This document shows, piece after piece, positions 8,257 to 16,248 of a stretch of 23,336 nt of DNA (the stretch's first letter is position 1; each line of letters starts with the position of its first letter). The position numbers and the translations under genes were made by a program. Source of the stretch: Candidatus Hydrothermarchaeales archaeon (lineage in GTDB: Archaea; Hydrothermarchaeota; Hydrothermarchaeia; Hydrothermarchaeales; SZUA-236); assembly GCA_046761145.1 (NCBI GenBank), contig JBHIFP010000023.1:1-23336 (forward strand), read 5' to 3'. The notes under the pieces were generated by a model, which did no database searches, was not told the DNA's origin, and saw only the letters and a program-made list of their open reading frames with translations.

Positions 8257-8724
8257 TTAAGATATCTTATGTATAAGTTCCATCGTCCCCAACTTAAAGT
8301 ATCCCAACTTGGGTATTATGAAGATAACCCTGCCATTGATCCATTCCCCCTTGACAGGAGTGGATATCCCCGAACGCGGGTCCTGATCGGTGTAAAAATT
8401 ATGATCCCCTTTTGTGTAAAAAAGTAAGGACCCTTCATAATCTTCGATCTTTACAACGCGGTGCACTATTGGGATGCCTTTTGCTGGATTCTGATAAACG
8501 ATTATATCCCCCCTCAGTAGTTGATCGGGATCGATGCCTCTGACGATGACCAAATCCCCCTTGTAGAATGTGGGGGCCATGCTATTCGAAACAACTGCCA
8601 TGACGGGCTTTTGGGTACCCAAAGCATAACCCAGGCCTTGATTCATAAATACCGCCAAGATCAGCCCTATCGCTATATACTTTATCGTGCTTATGATCTC
8701 TTCCTTCCACTTCATCGTCGACAC
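8257..8724 (-). CDS. Signal peptidase I, archaeal/Sec11 type (copy A)
   Basis: N-terminal TM anchor. Catalytic Ser motif 'VSNSMAPT'. Conserved 'GDLVIV...GDIIVY' and 'TKGDHN' boxes. A paralog lies at 12469..12930. Confidence 0.85.
   Translation of the reverse strand: MSTMKWKEEIISTIKYIAIGLILAVFMNQGLGYALGTQKPVMAVVSNSMAPTFYKGDLVIVRGIDPDQLLRGDIIVYQNPAKGIPIVHRVVKIEDYEGSLLFYTKGDHNFYTDQDPRSGISTPVKGEWINGRVIFIIPKLGYFKLGTMELIHKIS
8498..8604. repeat. 107-nt tract identical to 12713..12819 (internal segment of the two SPase I paralogs)
   Basis: Both loci carry 'acgattatatcccccctcagtagttgatcgggatcgatgcctctgacgatgaccaaatcccccttgtagaatgtgggggccatgctattcgaaacaactgccatgac'. Flanking sequence is only ~65-70% identical. 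Confidence 0.8.
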
Positions 8725-8728
8725 CGAA

Positions 8729-9328
8729 TCATGCCCTGCCTTTGGACTCTCCTTTGACCATGGCGGAAGCTATCAAATGAGCAACCCTTATGGGTTCGGG
8801 GATCAGGCCGCGCTTCACGCTCAATCTAATCACTTTCTTTGCATCTTCAAGGCCAATTCCGCAGGCGTGGATAAAAACCTTTCCCGAATCTAATTTGACT
8901 TCGTGGATCTCCCCCGCGCTATTTAGGGCCCTCAACTTCTCGTCTTTATCTTCGAAATTTTCTATCGCGCTCATTACCGAACCCAAATCCGGCAGCCTCC
9001 TGGTGACCACAATTATCGGTATATGCGTCTCATCGAATAGCTTTTTTAGATCGATTATGTTGAACCCCCCGACCGTGATTCCGTCCAACATCATAACCCT
9101 TATCTGCTCTCTATGTCTCGAGCTGTTGATCATCTGGGCGATGCGCTCTGTGGCGTCGTTTCCGTCGGAGGTTATCTCCGTCTTTAGGACCCCTTCGATA
9201 TACTCGCCTCCTCTAAAAACGGTACCGACTAATGGGACCTTCTCTCTACTTTTAAATTTAAAAGGAGCATCGTCTATACCGAGAACCCTTATCTCCCCCT
9301 TGATCTCCCGGAACTTTACTTCGTCCAT
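8729..9328 (-). CDS. UPF0215/DUF99 family protein (archaeal endonuclease V-like fold protein)
   Basis: 199 aa. 'LGIDDAPF...' N-terminus and overall similarity to the archaeal DUF99 family as I recall it. Assignment from memory of the family; not verifiable here. Confidence 0.6.
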   Translation of the reverse strand: MDEVKFREIKGEIRVLGIDDAPFKFKSREKVPLVGTVFRGGEYIEGVLKTEITSDGNDATERIAQMINSSRHREQIRVMMLDGITVGGFNIIDLKKLFDETHIPIIVVTRRLPDLGSVMSAIENFEDKDEKLRALNSAGEIHEVKLDSGKVFIHACGIGLEDAKKVIRLSVKRGLIPEPIRVAHLIASAMVKGESKGRA

Positions 9329-9699
9329 ATCAGATCCCCTATTCGCTTTAGAAGTTCTGTAAAAGCGGCGATAGAAGACCTTCGTAATCTATAGCGGTCG
9401 GTGGTGGGCTCAATATTGTCCGTCAATATCCCGACGCATTCATCTATCGTGACCTTGCCTTCCGTCCAAGCGAAGAATATTATGCTCTCAACGAAGTCGG
9501 CCATGTCGTGTTTGTCTAGTCCTTTACCCGCGCGATCCCTAAATCCGGAATTGAGCAGGGCTTCGGAAAGGACATAGTTTGATACCTTAACCCCCATCGG
9601 TCTCTTCATCGCGTTGGACAACGCCAGGGAATATATCAGATTGACGAAGTTGTCTCCGATATTCGAAAGTTCGTCCATATCTGCTTCGAAATCAAGCAT
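9316..9699 (-). CDS. Small RNase III-domain-like protein (Mini-III-like), putative
   Basis: Motif 1 'LSNIGDNFVNLIYSLAL' resembles RNase III 'LEFLGDAVLELIVSEYL'. Motif 2 'MADFVESIIFFAWTEG' resembles 'LADVFEALIGAIYLDSG' and retains the catalytic-position Asp/Glu. 127 aa with no dsRBD. Confidence 0.5.
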   Translation of the reverse strand: MLDFEADMDELSNIGDNFVNLIYSLALSNAMKRPMGVKVSNYVLSEALLNSGFRDRAGKGLDKHDMADFVESIIFFAWTEGKVTIDECVGILTDNIEPTTDRYRLRRSSIAAFTELLKRIGDLIWTK

Positions 9700-10186
9700 T
9701 AGCTAGGGCCTCTTCGAACTTGGCTTTGAGGTCTGAGAAGGTGAGAGATAGCTCTTTTAATGCATCTCTGATTATCGCCTTGTGTCCGAATTTGTCTGGG
9801 GGGACGATATCTTTCGCTTCCTTATAGATTTTTTCCAAGACCTTGATGCTTATTCCCGATCTCTTTGCCACCACATCGATATCCGAATTGACGAGATCTT
9901 CTGCCGTCATTATCTTTGCCTTCCCAAGTTGTTTTACCGTCTTTGGGCCTACCCCCTTGATAGTTAGAAGAGGAATGAACTCCTCGGCCCCCTTTGGGAC
10001 TTTGACTCTGGTCCTGACGTACATCCTCGGATTGGACAAGAGGGGGTGCTCTATCCTGTACGTTGCAAAATCGACGTCTTTGTGCTTATTCAATGCCTCC
10101 CTTAATACATTACAGAAGGTATGCCCCTCGCCAATTATCTCGAACTCAATCCCCTCCTTATCCTCTTTTATGACCTTAATCTCCAT
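9692..10186 (-). CDS. rpoL: DNA-directed RNA polymerase subunit L (Rpo11/Rpb11-like) with C-terminal helix-hairpin-helix extension
   Basis: The N-terminal ~75 aa, 'MEIKVIKEDKEGIEFEIIGEGHTFCNVLREAL...VDFATYRIEHPLLSNPRMYVRT', matches the RpoL signature. The C-terminal ~85 aa carries an HhH motif 'LLTIKGVGPKTVKQLGKAKIMTAEDL'. Confidence 0.75.
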   Translation of the reverse strand: MEIKVIKEDKEGIEFEIIGEGHTFCNVLREALNKHKDVDFATYRIEHPLLSNPRMYVRTRVKVPKGAEEFIPLLTIKGVGPKTVKQLGKAKIMTAEDLVNSDIDVVAKRSGISIKVLEKIYKEAKDIVPPDKFGHKAIIRDALKELSLTFSDLKAKFEEALANA

Positions 10187-10198
10187 AGATCGCCCCGC

Positions 10199-10765
10199 CT
10201 ATATCTCGCCTTTTCCGTACTCCGAGGAAAGTTTTCTAAATTCAGTACGTCTGCACTCCTCGCATTTTAAGACATTGCCGACCCTTATCAAGGGCAAGTT
10301 GCACGTAGAACAATATGCCTTGATAACGCCTAAATCTCTGTCCGCCGTAGTGAGCTGGATGGGATCCCTCGCGAAGTTCGTAACCTTTGCCGCGATGATA
10401 TCGCCCACGCCGAACTCCTTCGCAAGATCGGAGACATATGCGTTTCTGGATTGGGATATATGAACGCCACCCCTGATATTCCCCAACAAGGCCCTATCGT
10501 TGCCCCTGATCTTGACAACGTCTGCCACTGCAACTTGTGGCTTGAGACCCCATATCCTTGCGATTACTATGTCGCCATTTTTCAGGACGGGAGGAACGTC
10601 AGTTTTGGGGATTATGGCTATCTTCCTCTTCCTCATATCGATGTGGACCTCCCCCGTCACAGCGGCGCAGATGCTTCCATCTTCTTCATAAGTCCCCTCG
10701 CCTGGCATGAACTCCTCACTATAACCCAAAACTTCTCCTGGAACAACAAAGGCCCCGTTTTCCAC
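10199..10765 (-). CDS. csl4: Exosome complex RNA-binding subunit Csl4
   Basis: N-terminal domain, S1 domain and C-terminal Zn ribbon 'CSTCNLPL...LKCEECR'. GTG start (confirmed from the sequence). Confidence 0.85.
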   Translation of the reverse strand: MENGAFVVPGEVLGYSEEFMPGEGTYEEDGSICAAVTGEVHIDMRKRKIAIIPKTDVPPVLKNGDIVIARIWGLKPQVAVADVVKIRGNDRALLGNIRGGVHISQSRNAYVSDLAKEFGVGDIIAAKVTNFARDPIQLTTADRDLGVIKAYCSTCNLPLIRVGNVLKCEECRRTEFRKLSSEYGKGEI

Positions 10766-11401
10766 CTAATTACCTCCTTTTAAAATCATCCAAGATTTGG
10801 ACAGAATCCTATAAACGTCGACTTTCGTTTTACCCATTGCTCTTTTGTGAAATTCGTAAGAATGCGGAAGGGCGAATTCCGCAGGCATGATATCCGTTGT
10901 CTCGCCACCCAGTTTTTGAACATAACCCACCACGAACTCTCTTGTCTCCATCTTATGCATAGAATAAATAACTTTCCCTAATTGCAACGCCTTTTCCAAA
11001 AAGACCCTATCGGCTTTTTCTCTCTGCACACCAAAGGGCGGGTTTTGGATCACGGTATCGCAATCTCCTTCAACTTCTGCGATATCTCCCTCGATCCAGT
11101 TAACGTCGACACCAATATTTGATGCGTTCTTCCTCGCAACCTCGAGGGCCTCTCGATCTACTTCAAAACCGAAGACCTTCTTGGCCTTTAATAATGCACA
11201 ACCTATTGCCAGCTTTCCTGTGCCGCAACCCAGATCATAGACGACTTTACCTTCGATATCGCCTTTCAGATATGCTAGGTATAAAATCTCTGCAGCTATG
11301 TCCGAGGGTATTGTATACTGTTCGAGATAAACCTTGGGCCTATCAAAAGTTTCGCACTTTTGAAGCAGTATCTCCAATCTCTTCTTAGTCAATTGAGACA
11401 T
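10766..11401 (-). CDS. SAM-dependent methyltransferase, COG2263/METTL5-like (N6-adenine/amino-MTase NPPF class)
   Basis: SAM motif I 'VYDLGCGTGKL'. Motif IV 'IQNPPFG'. The csl4-MTase-rpoL linkage is conserved in archaea. Confidence 0.8.
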   Translation of the reverse strand: MSQLTKKRLEILLQKCETFDRPKVYLEQYTIPSDIAAEILYLAYLKGDIEGKVVYDLGCGTGKLAIGCALLKAKKVFGFEVDREALEVARKNASNIGVDVNWIEGDIAEVEGDCDTVIQNPPFGVQREKADRVFLEKALQLGKVIYSMHKMETREFVVGYVQKLGGETTDIMPAEFALPHSYEFHKRAMGKTKVDVYRILSKSWMILKGGN

Positions 11402-11464
11402 GGATCAATTTTGGATTACCAATAATAAATAAGATATGCTTTGCTTAATAATCTTGAAGGGGGA

Positions 11465-12454
11465 TCACGGTATTTCGTCCATACGATAGTTCTCCCATCT
11501 CTCTTCGCCCAACATTATATCCAGCTCATTCGGCGTTAAAAGAGCTTGTTTGTACCTTTTTGCCTCATCTATCGTGACCCTCGGGCACGCGGTATTTACA
11601 AAAGCATCCAACTTCCTGAAGGGCATCAACGTACCGGGATCGATCTCATTCAGATATATCAGATATGCCTTCTTACCGTGCACTTCCAACTTTCTCTTGA
11701 TCTTCAATGCCAGGTTTTTCCGCGCCTGACCTCTCTTCTCTCCAACGATGATTCCAAATGTCTCTGCGTTCATCGCTTTCTCAATCTGTGCAAACCTCTG
11801 CTTCAATATCCTATCCTTGAAATCCTCCATATCTCTGACTTCATTTAAAAGTAGGTCGAAAGCAAAGGTCTTCTTTCTCGTTGCTAATGCGACTCCGAGG
11901 GGGTGAAAATTCCCAGTGCCCGTGTAGATAAACCCATCAACCAATTCTGATATCTCTTTTGCGCAAGCAAAGTTGCAACCCAGAACCTGACCATCGTATT
12001 TTGCCCTTCCCTTTGCTTTACCGATATGGACCTCAAATCCTTTATCTTCCAAAAATCTCTTGACCTTGTTCAGGGTATGAACGTGTTGGATGGTCGTCAC
12101 TAGGCCTACTCTCTTGGGCAACTTTTCTAAGTGTTCAGACAACAACGAGATGGGATCTACATCTGATCTCGCCTCGATATAAAAGACCGGGATCCCCGTT
12201 TTTTTGAGGATCTTGCTGTGCCCAAAATGGAATAGAGCTTCAACTCCTATCAGTTCCATATCTCCATCCGCAAGGTCGCATGCGCCATGGCATGGATCTG
12301 CAGAGATGATGATGGAACAATCAACTTTTTTATTGATCTCATCCACCACTTCTGGGGCATGCTCTTTCAACCCTTCCGGAAACTGTAGGCCAACCGTCCT
12401 GTAATTATTCTCTCTGATAATCCCCACAACGCGGTCGATTTCGAAGTCGTACAA
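11465..12454 (-). CDS. dph2: Diphthamide biosynthesis enzyme Dph2 (2-(3-amino-3-carboxypropyl)histidine synthase)
   Basis: 329 aa. Conserved Cys-containing segments 'ADPCHGACDL' and 'LGCNFAC'. 'FHFGHS' motif. Three-domain Dph2 architecture. Confidence 0.85.
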   Translation of the reverse strand: MYDFEIDRVVGIIRENNYRTVGLQFPEGLKEHAPEVVDEINKKVDCSIIISADPCHGACDLADGDMELIGVEALFHFGHSKILKKTGIPVFYIEARSDVDPISLLSEHLEKLPKRVGLVTTIQHVHTLNKVKRFLEDKGFEVHIGKAKGRAKYDGQVLGCNFACAKEISELVDGFIYTGTGNFHPLGVALATRKKTFAFDLLLNEVRDMEDFKDRILKQRFAQIEKAMNAETFGIIVGEKRGQARKNLALKIKRKLEVHGKKAYLIYLNEIDPGTLMPFRKLDAFVNTACPRVTIDEAKRYKQALLTPNELDIMLGEERWENYRMDEIP

Positions 12455-12468
12455 ATGGATACCTCATT

Positions 12469-12930
12469 TTACAGGGTTCCTTTAATTGAGGTCGAGAATT
12501 CGGTCAGAATCACCTTAAACCAACCGAGCTTGGGTATAATTAGGATAACCCTCCCTTTCACGAGGTCTTCTCTGACTGGCGGCGAGATCCCGAACTCGGG
12601 GTCTGTCCTCAAATTGTGATCCCCTTTTGTTACAAAATACCGAAGCCCTTCGCGTTCCTCGATATCTACGATGCGATGCACGATGGGGATATTCTTATAA
12701 GGATTATAATATACGATTATATCCCCCCTCAGTAGTTGATCGGGATCGATGCCTCTGACGATGACCAAATCCCCCTTGTAGAATGTGGGGGCCATGCTAT
12801 TCGAAACAACTGCCATGACCGGTTTCTCTGTACCCAGGGCATAGCCCAATCCATGATTCATGATGGATGCCAAGATCAGCCCCAACAGTATATACTTCCC
12901 CGTCTCAACAATCTCTTTCTTTACATCCAT
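12469..12930 (-). CDS. Signal peptidase I, archaeal/Sec11 type (copy B)
   Basis: 153 aa paralog of 8257..8724 with the same motifs: 'VSNSMAPT', 'GDLVIV', 'TKGDHN'. Confidence 0.85.
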   Translation of the reverse strand: MDVKKEIVETGKYILLGLILASIMNHGLGYALGTEKPVMAVVSNSMAPTFYKGDLVIVRGIDPDQLLRGDIIVYYNPYKNIPIVHRIVDIEEREGLRYFVTKGDHNLRTDPEFGISPPVREDLVKGRVILIIPKLGWFKVILTEFSTSIKGTL

Positions 12931-12933
12931 CGT

Positions 12934-13107
12934 CTATCTCGCCTCTCTCTTCTTTTGGTATTCTTCCCTCAGTTTTTCTGATATCGAACCGTCCTCGACA
13001 ACTATCAAGCCACGATAACCACAGGTCTTACATTTATAAATTGGGAGGGTCGTCCCTAGAACGGCATACGTCATATCCCTACTTCCGCATACTGGGCAGA
13101 ATTTCAC
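12934..13107 (-). CDS. Small C4 zinc-ribbon protein (57 aa), not in the ORF track
   Basis: Hand translation of the minus strand gives (V/M)KFCPVCGSRDMTYAVLGTTLPIYKCKTCGYRGLIVVEDGSISEKLREEYQKKREAR*. The GTG start overlaps the mfnA TGA stop (GTGA). An in-frame TAG lies 9 nt upstream. The ORF ends 3 nt before the SPase-B start. Confidence 0.35.
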   Translation of the reverse strand: MKFCPVCGSRDMTYAVLGTTLPIYKCKTCGYRGLIVVEDGSISEKLREEYQKKREAR

Positions 13108-14270
13108 TTTGCCTCCCTACTCCTATGATCCAGATCTCCGAGGATCTCTCTCAAATCTTCGATAAATTCACCAATACTATTTTCAGTAACATGGGGCATT
13201 ATTACTAGACGTATCTCGCCATTTTTAGTCCGCGATATAAGCCAGCCTTTCTCAGATAGTTTTTCTGCAATCGCATCTTGTCTCTCATGGCCGAAGACGA
13301 CGATATTCATCGTTGGTTTGATCGATTCAAATCCCAGATTTCTCAAGTTAGTATGCAATCTCATCGTCAGCTCCATACATCCCCCTACAGCCCTTCTGTA
13401 ACCCTCCCTACCCATCGATCGAAGAACGGCGTACGTCGATGCTGCAGAAGCCCCGGGTCTCGTCCCAATTATTGTGAACTGTCTCTTCTCTGTGAGATAG
13501 GGGGAGGAAGTCTCGATATATTTTAAGATATTTTCATCTCTAAATAGGATACAGCCGGATGGCATAGGCGCCATGCCCATCTTGTGGGGGTCGATCGTGA
13601 TTGAACTGACACCTTCGAGAGAGAAGTCAAATCTTTTTATAGGATACCCCAGATCTTTCAAAAGGGGGACTACCAGCCCGCCAAATGCAGCATCGACGTG
13701 CAAGTACACGCCGTATTTTGTCGCAAGATTTGCAAGTTCTTCTATATCATCGATAGTGCCATATTCGGTGCTCCCAGCGATCCCGACGATTGCAACGGTG
13801 TTTTCATTTATATGCCTTTCAACATCCCCTAGGTCCACAGTATGATCCCCTAATGTGTCTGCCTTTATCAATCTCAAATTTAAAAGATTTGAAGCTTTGT
13901 CAAAAGAGAAATGCGCAGTCTCTGGAACGATCACCTCGGGTTTTTTCTTCTTCCGCATGTTTCGTGCGACCCACAGCGCCATGATATTTGCCTCTGTTCC
14001 TCCAGAAACCACGAAGCCCTTTGCTGCTCTTTTTTTGAGCAGGCCCCCAAGTATCTTTATCACTTCACTTTCCAACTCTTTCGTTCCAGGGAAGAGCCCT
14101 GCGTCGCCTAGATTGGTCTCCATAAATGAGCCCCAAACCTCCTTTGAAAAAGGCAGAGGAGGGGTGCACATAGAATTCAGTATCTTTCCATCTAAATACC
14201 TCAAATCTTTTTTCCTCGCGTCCTTTAATAACTTCAGGATCTCTTCTCTAGACATGCCTTTCTCTTCCAT
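13104..14270 (-). CDS. mfnA: PLP-dependent L-tyrosine/L-aspartate decarboxylase MfnA
   Basis: 388 aa group-II decarboxylase. 'SGGTEANIMAL', 'HVDAAFGG', PLP-Lys region 'DPHKMGMAP'. Confidence 0.85.
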   Translation of the reverse strand: MEEKGMSREEILKLLKDARKKDLRYLDGKILNSMCTPPLPFSKEVWGSFMETNLGDAGLFPGTKELESEVIKILGGLLKKRAAKGFVVSGGTEANIMALWVARNMRKKKKPEVIVPETAHFSFDKASNLLNLRLIKADTLGDHTVDLGDVERHINENTVAIVGIAGSTEYGTIDDIEELANLATKYGVYLHVDAAFGGLVVPLLKDLGYPIKRFDFSLEGVSSITIDPHKMGMAPMPSGCILFRDENILKYIETSSPYLTEKRQFTIIGTRPGASAASTYAVLRSMGREGYRRAVGGCMELTMRLHTNLRNLGFESIKPTMNIVVFGHERQDAIAEKLSEKGWLISRTKNGEIRLVIMPHVTENSIGEFIEDLREILGDLDHRSREAK

Positions 14271-14433
14271 GGGTCTACCTCATCTAGGGCATTCATTGAT
14301 ATAACCGTCTCATTTCCTATTAAAATCATTTCATTTCGCCATTAGGAAAGAAGGAATCTCTTTAGGAGACATTGGCCTAGAATCAGAAAAGGTTAAATAT
14401 GGAGAGGATTTAGTTAAGTGAGGAAGGATCAAT

Positions 14434-14742
14434 ATGCACCCTACACATATGTTGGAGTTCGTAGGCGGACTGGCGACTATCCCCTTTTATTTGGCCACGC
14501 TTTACCTCTTCTTTTCGCGGGTCAGGAGTAGATATGAGAAACGGGGCCTCTTTTTCACCATGGGGCTCCTACTTATCGTATTCAGCTATTTTTCGGAGTT
14601 TTGGGGGGATCACTATGCAGTTACCTGGTTGACTACCCTATCAAATGGGCTGTTTGGATTGGCGGGGATATCCATGATTATAAGTTGCTATTTCTCTATA
14701 AAATGGCTCGATGCAACTTCCCAGAAAAAAGGGGAGGCCTGA
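14434..14742 (+). CDS. Hypothetical small integral membrane protein
   Basis: 102 aa with 3 predicted TM helices. Lies downstream of an AT-rich promoter-like region (TATA-like 'ggttaaatatgg' ~14391-14402). Confidence 0.45.
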   Translation: MHPTHMLEFVGGLATIPFYLATLYLFFSRVRSRYEKRGLFFTMGLLLIVFSYFSEFWGDHYAVTWLTTLSNGLFGLAGISMIISCYFSIKWLDATSQKKGEA

Positions 14743-14743
14743 C

Positions 14744-15037
14744 ATGAATCTGCCAGCGATCTTTTCATTTGCAAACATCGTATATTTTGCAGTTGCTGCA
14801 TACCTGGGATATCTCAACTATCAGAAAAGCGATCATAGCGGGTTTTGGCTCCACCTGACTCTAGTTTTTTGTATTAGCACAATAGTCTCGATCACGAACT
14901 TCGCAAAATATGTTGGACTTATTTTAAAGGTTACTGGGGATATTATAGACGTGGTATTGGGTATAGAGATAGCTGTCCTCTTCTTCACCGCAGTATATAC
15001 ATTGACGAAAAAACACCACGAGGAGCACGTCTTTTAA
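14744..15037 (+). CDS. Hypothetical small integral membrane protein
   Basis: A strong GGGGAGG Shine-Dalgarno lies 7 nt upstream of the internal ATG (MNLPAIF), directly after the stop of the preceding ORF. 3 TM helices. Confidence 0.45.
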   Translation: MNLPAIFSFANIVYFAVAAYLGYLNYQKSDHSGFWLHLTLVFCISTIVSITNFAKYVGLILKVTGDIIDVVLGIEIAVLFFTAVYTLTKKHHEEHVF

Positions 15038-15222
15038 TAGAGTAGCGGGTTAAGGCAATTTTAACTATTGATGTGGTCCCAGTTTTTAAAAAGGCCCAGT
15101 ATGTGCACCAAGAGGCAATAAGCTACATACATAATGGGCAGTGGAAAGGCATCGATGGACCAAGATTATATTATGTTTCCGGTAAATGCGATACCTCGAA
15201 AAGAGAACTCCAACATAAAAGG

Positions 15223-15239
15223 AAAGTTATAAATATAAT
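15223..15239 (+). promoter_or_regulatory. Putative TATA box for the 15279 membrane-protein gene
   Basis: 'aaagttataaatataat' lies ~40-55 nt upstream of the start. 'ggttaggag' SD-like. Confidence 0.3.
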
Positions 15240-15278
15240 CGTATATTTGTAAGGTTAGGAGATAAACGAGGTGCGAAT

Positions 15279-16130
15279 GTGGCAGTCAAATTTGGTGCAG
15301 AGAAACTGTTGATTGACCAGTTCTTCGATCACCACGGCATGATGGAGATCTATGCGCATATCTATGCATCAATATTCCTGTTTCTTGCGAGCTTGGTCGC
15401 TGTTTACGTGCTCTATAAGATACTGGTAATGGAGTCCCCTTACACTTGGTCCGCGCTCACCGTCGGGATGATCGCTGTGGGATTCATAGGGCTTGGGGAA
15501 GCCGCCGAACACTTCTTCCCCCTAGACCCATTTAGCCATGATCTATTCCACTACTTGCATATGGTAGCCGCTCCAGTAGCGCTCTTCTTTTTATATAGAG
15601 GATCGAAAGAATTTATCGAGGAATCTTCAAACGCCTCCGAATTGGGAACTGAGGGCAGGATCAAACCTATGTCGTCCGATACTATAATGGCGATATTTGG
15701 GGGTATGGTGATCCTGGTGGTGGTTTTGGCCATGATGTCGGAAACTCCATGGGACCCATATATCGAAGGCCCCTTCATCTATCTCACCCTAATACCGACT
15801 TTGGTATTGGCTTATATGCTCTTACAGCAGGCCAGGCATACGACCGAATCCATCGTTATGGTGTTCATCCCGATCATTGCTGTTGCGGTCTCTTTGCTCG
15901 TCTTTGATATAATGCTTGGGAGGCTCATGGATATCTGGGGCTTGGCCCCTTTGTACGTTATAACTCACGTTGTGCAGAACGTCCTCCACGTTGCGACCGG
16001 CACGATACTGCTCCTATTCTCCATCACCACTTATCGCGCCAACAAGTTGGGAATTATATATGTCCGTGGTGAGCGTCCAAAATATGAAGCGCCTCCTCAT
16101 AAGAAGATCCCCGCGGAGGATTATTTCTAA
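15279..16130 (+). CDS. Hypothetical polytopic membrane protein (~7 TM)
   Basis: 283 aa, GTG start, hydrophobic throughout. No motif recognised. Coordinates follow the ORF track; in the printed text the same ORF reads from 15280. Confidence 0.5.
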   Translation: MAVKFGAEKLLIDQFFDHHGMMEIYAHIYASIFLFLASLVAVYVLYKILVMESPYTWSALTVGMIAVGFIGLGEAAEHFFPLDPFSHDLFHYLHMVAAPVALFFLYRGSKEFIEESSNASELGTEGRIKPMSSDTIMAIFGGMVILVVVLAMMSETPWDPYIEGPFIYLTLIPTLVLAYMLLQQARHTTESIVMVFIPIIAVAVSLLVFDIMLGRLMDIWGLAPLYVITHVVQNVLHVATGTILLLFSITTYRANKLGIIYVRGERPKYEAPPHKKIPAEDYF

Positions 16131-16248
16131 AGGGATGTACTTCTGAATCAGAAAAATTTATATAACCCCATAGAGATTAGCTCTCTGTTTCGTTTTGATG
16201 ATCGACAAAGCTGGTAGCTCAGCATAGAATTGTTCAGGATGTACGAAG

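Noticed and set aside
8790-10463. Large plus-strand ORFs (190 aa, 206 aa) across the DUF99/rpoL/csl4 region
   Set aside because: They are antisense to strongly supported minus-strand genes. They have biased composition and no motifs.
13855-14304. 149-aa plus-strand ORF
   Set aside because: It is antisense to mfnA.
15279-16130. The printed sequence and the ORF track disagree in this region. In the printed text this ORF starts (GTG) at 15280, and the antisense ORF 15551..15778 sits at 15552..15779. At the 16020/16021 line junction the printed text reads ttc|cca tca…, whereas the track translation (…LLLF-SITTYR…) requires ttc tcc atc, i.e. one extra T.
   Set aside because: It could mean a genuine frameshift in the membrane-protein gene. 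The track translation is continuous and all other ORF coordinates I checked match the printed text, so I treat it as a formatting or version inconsistency and call the gene intact. It is worth checking against raw reads.
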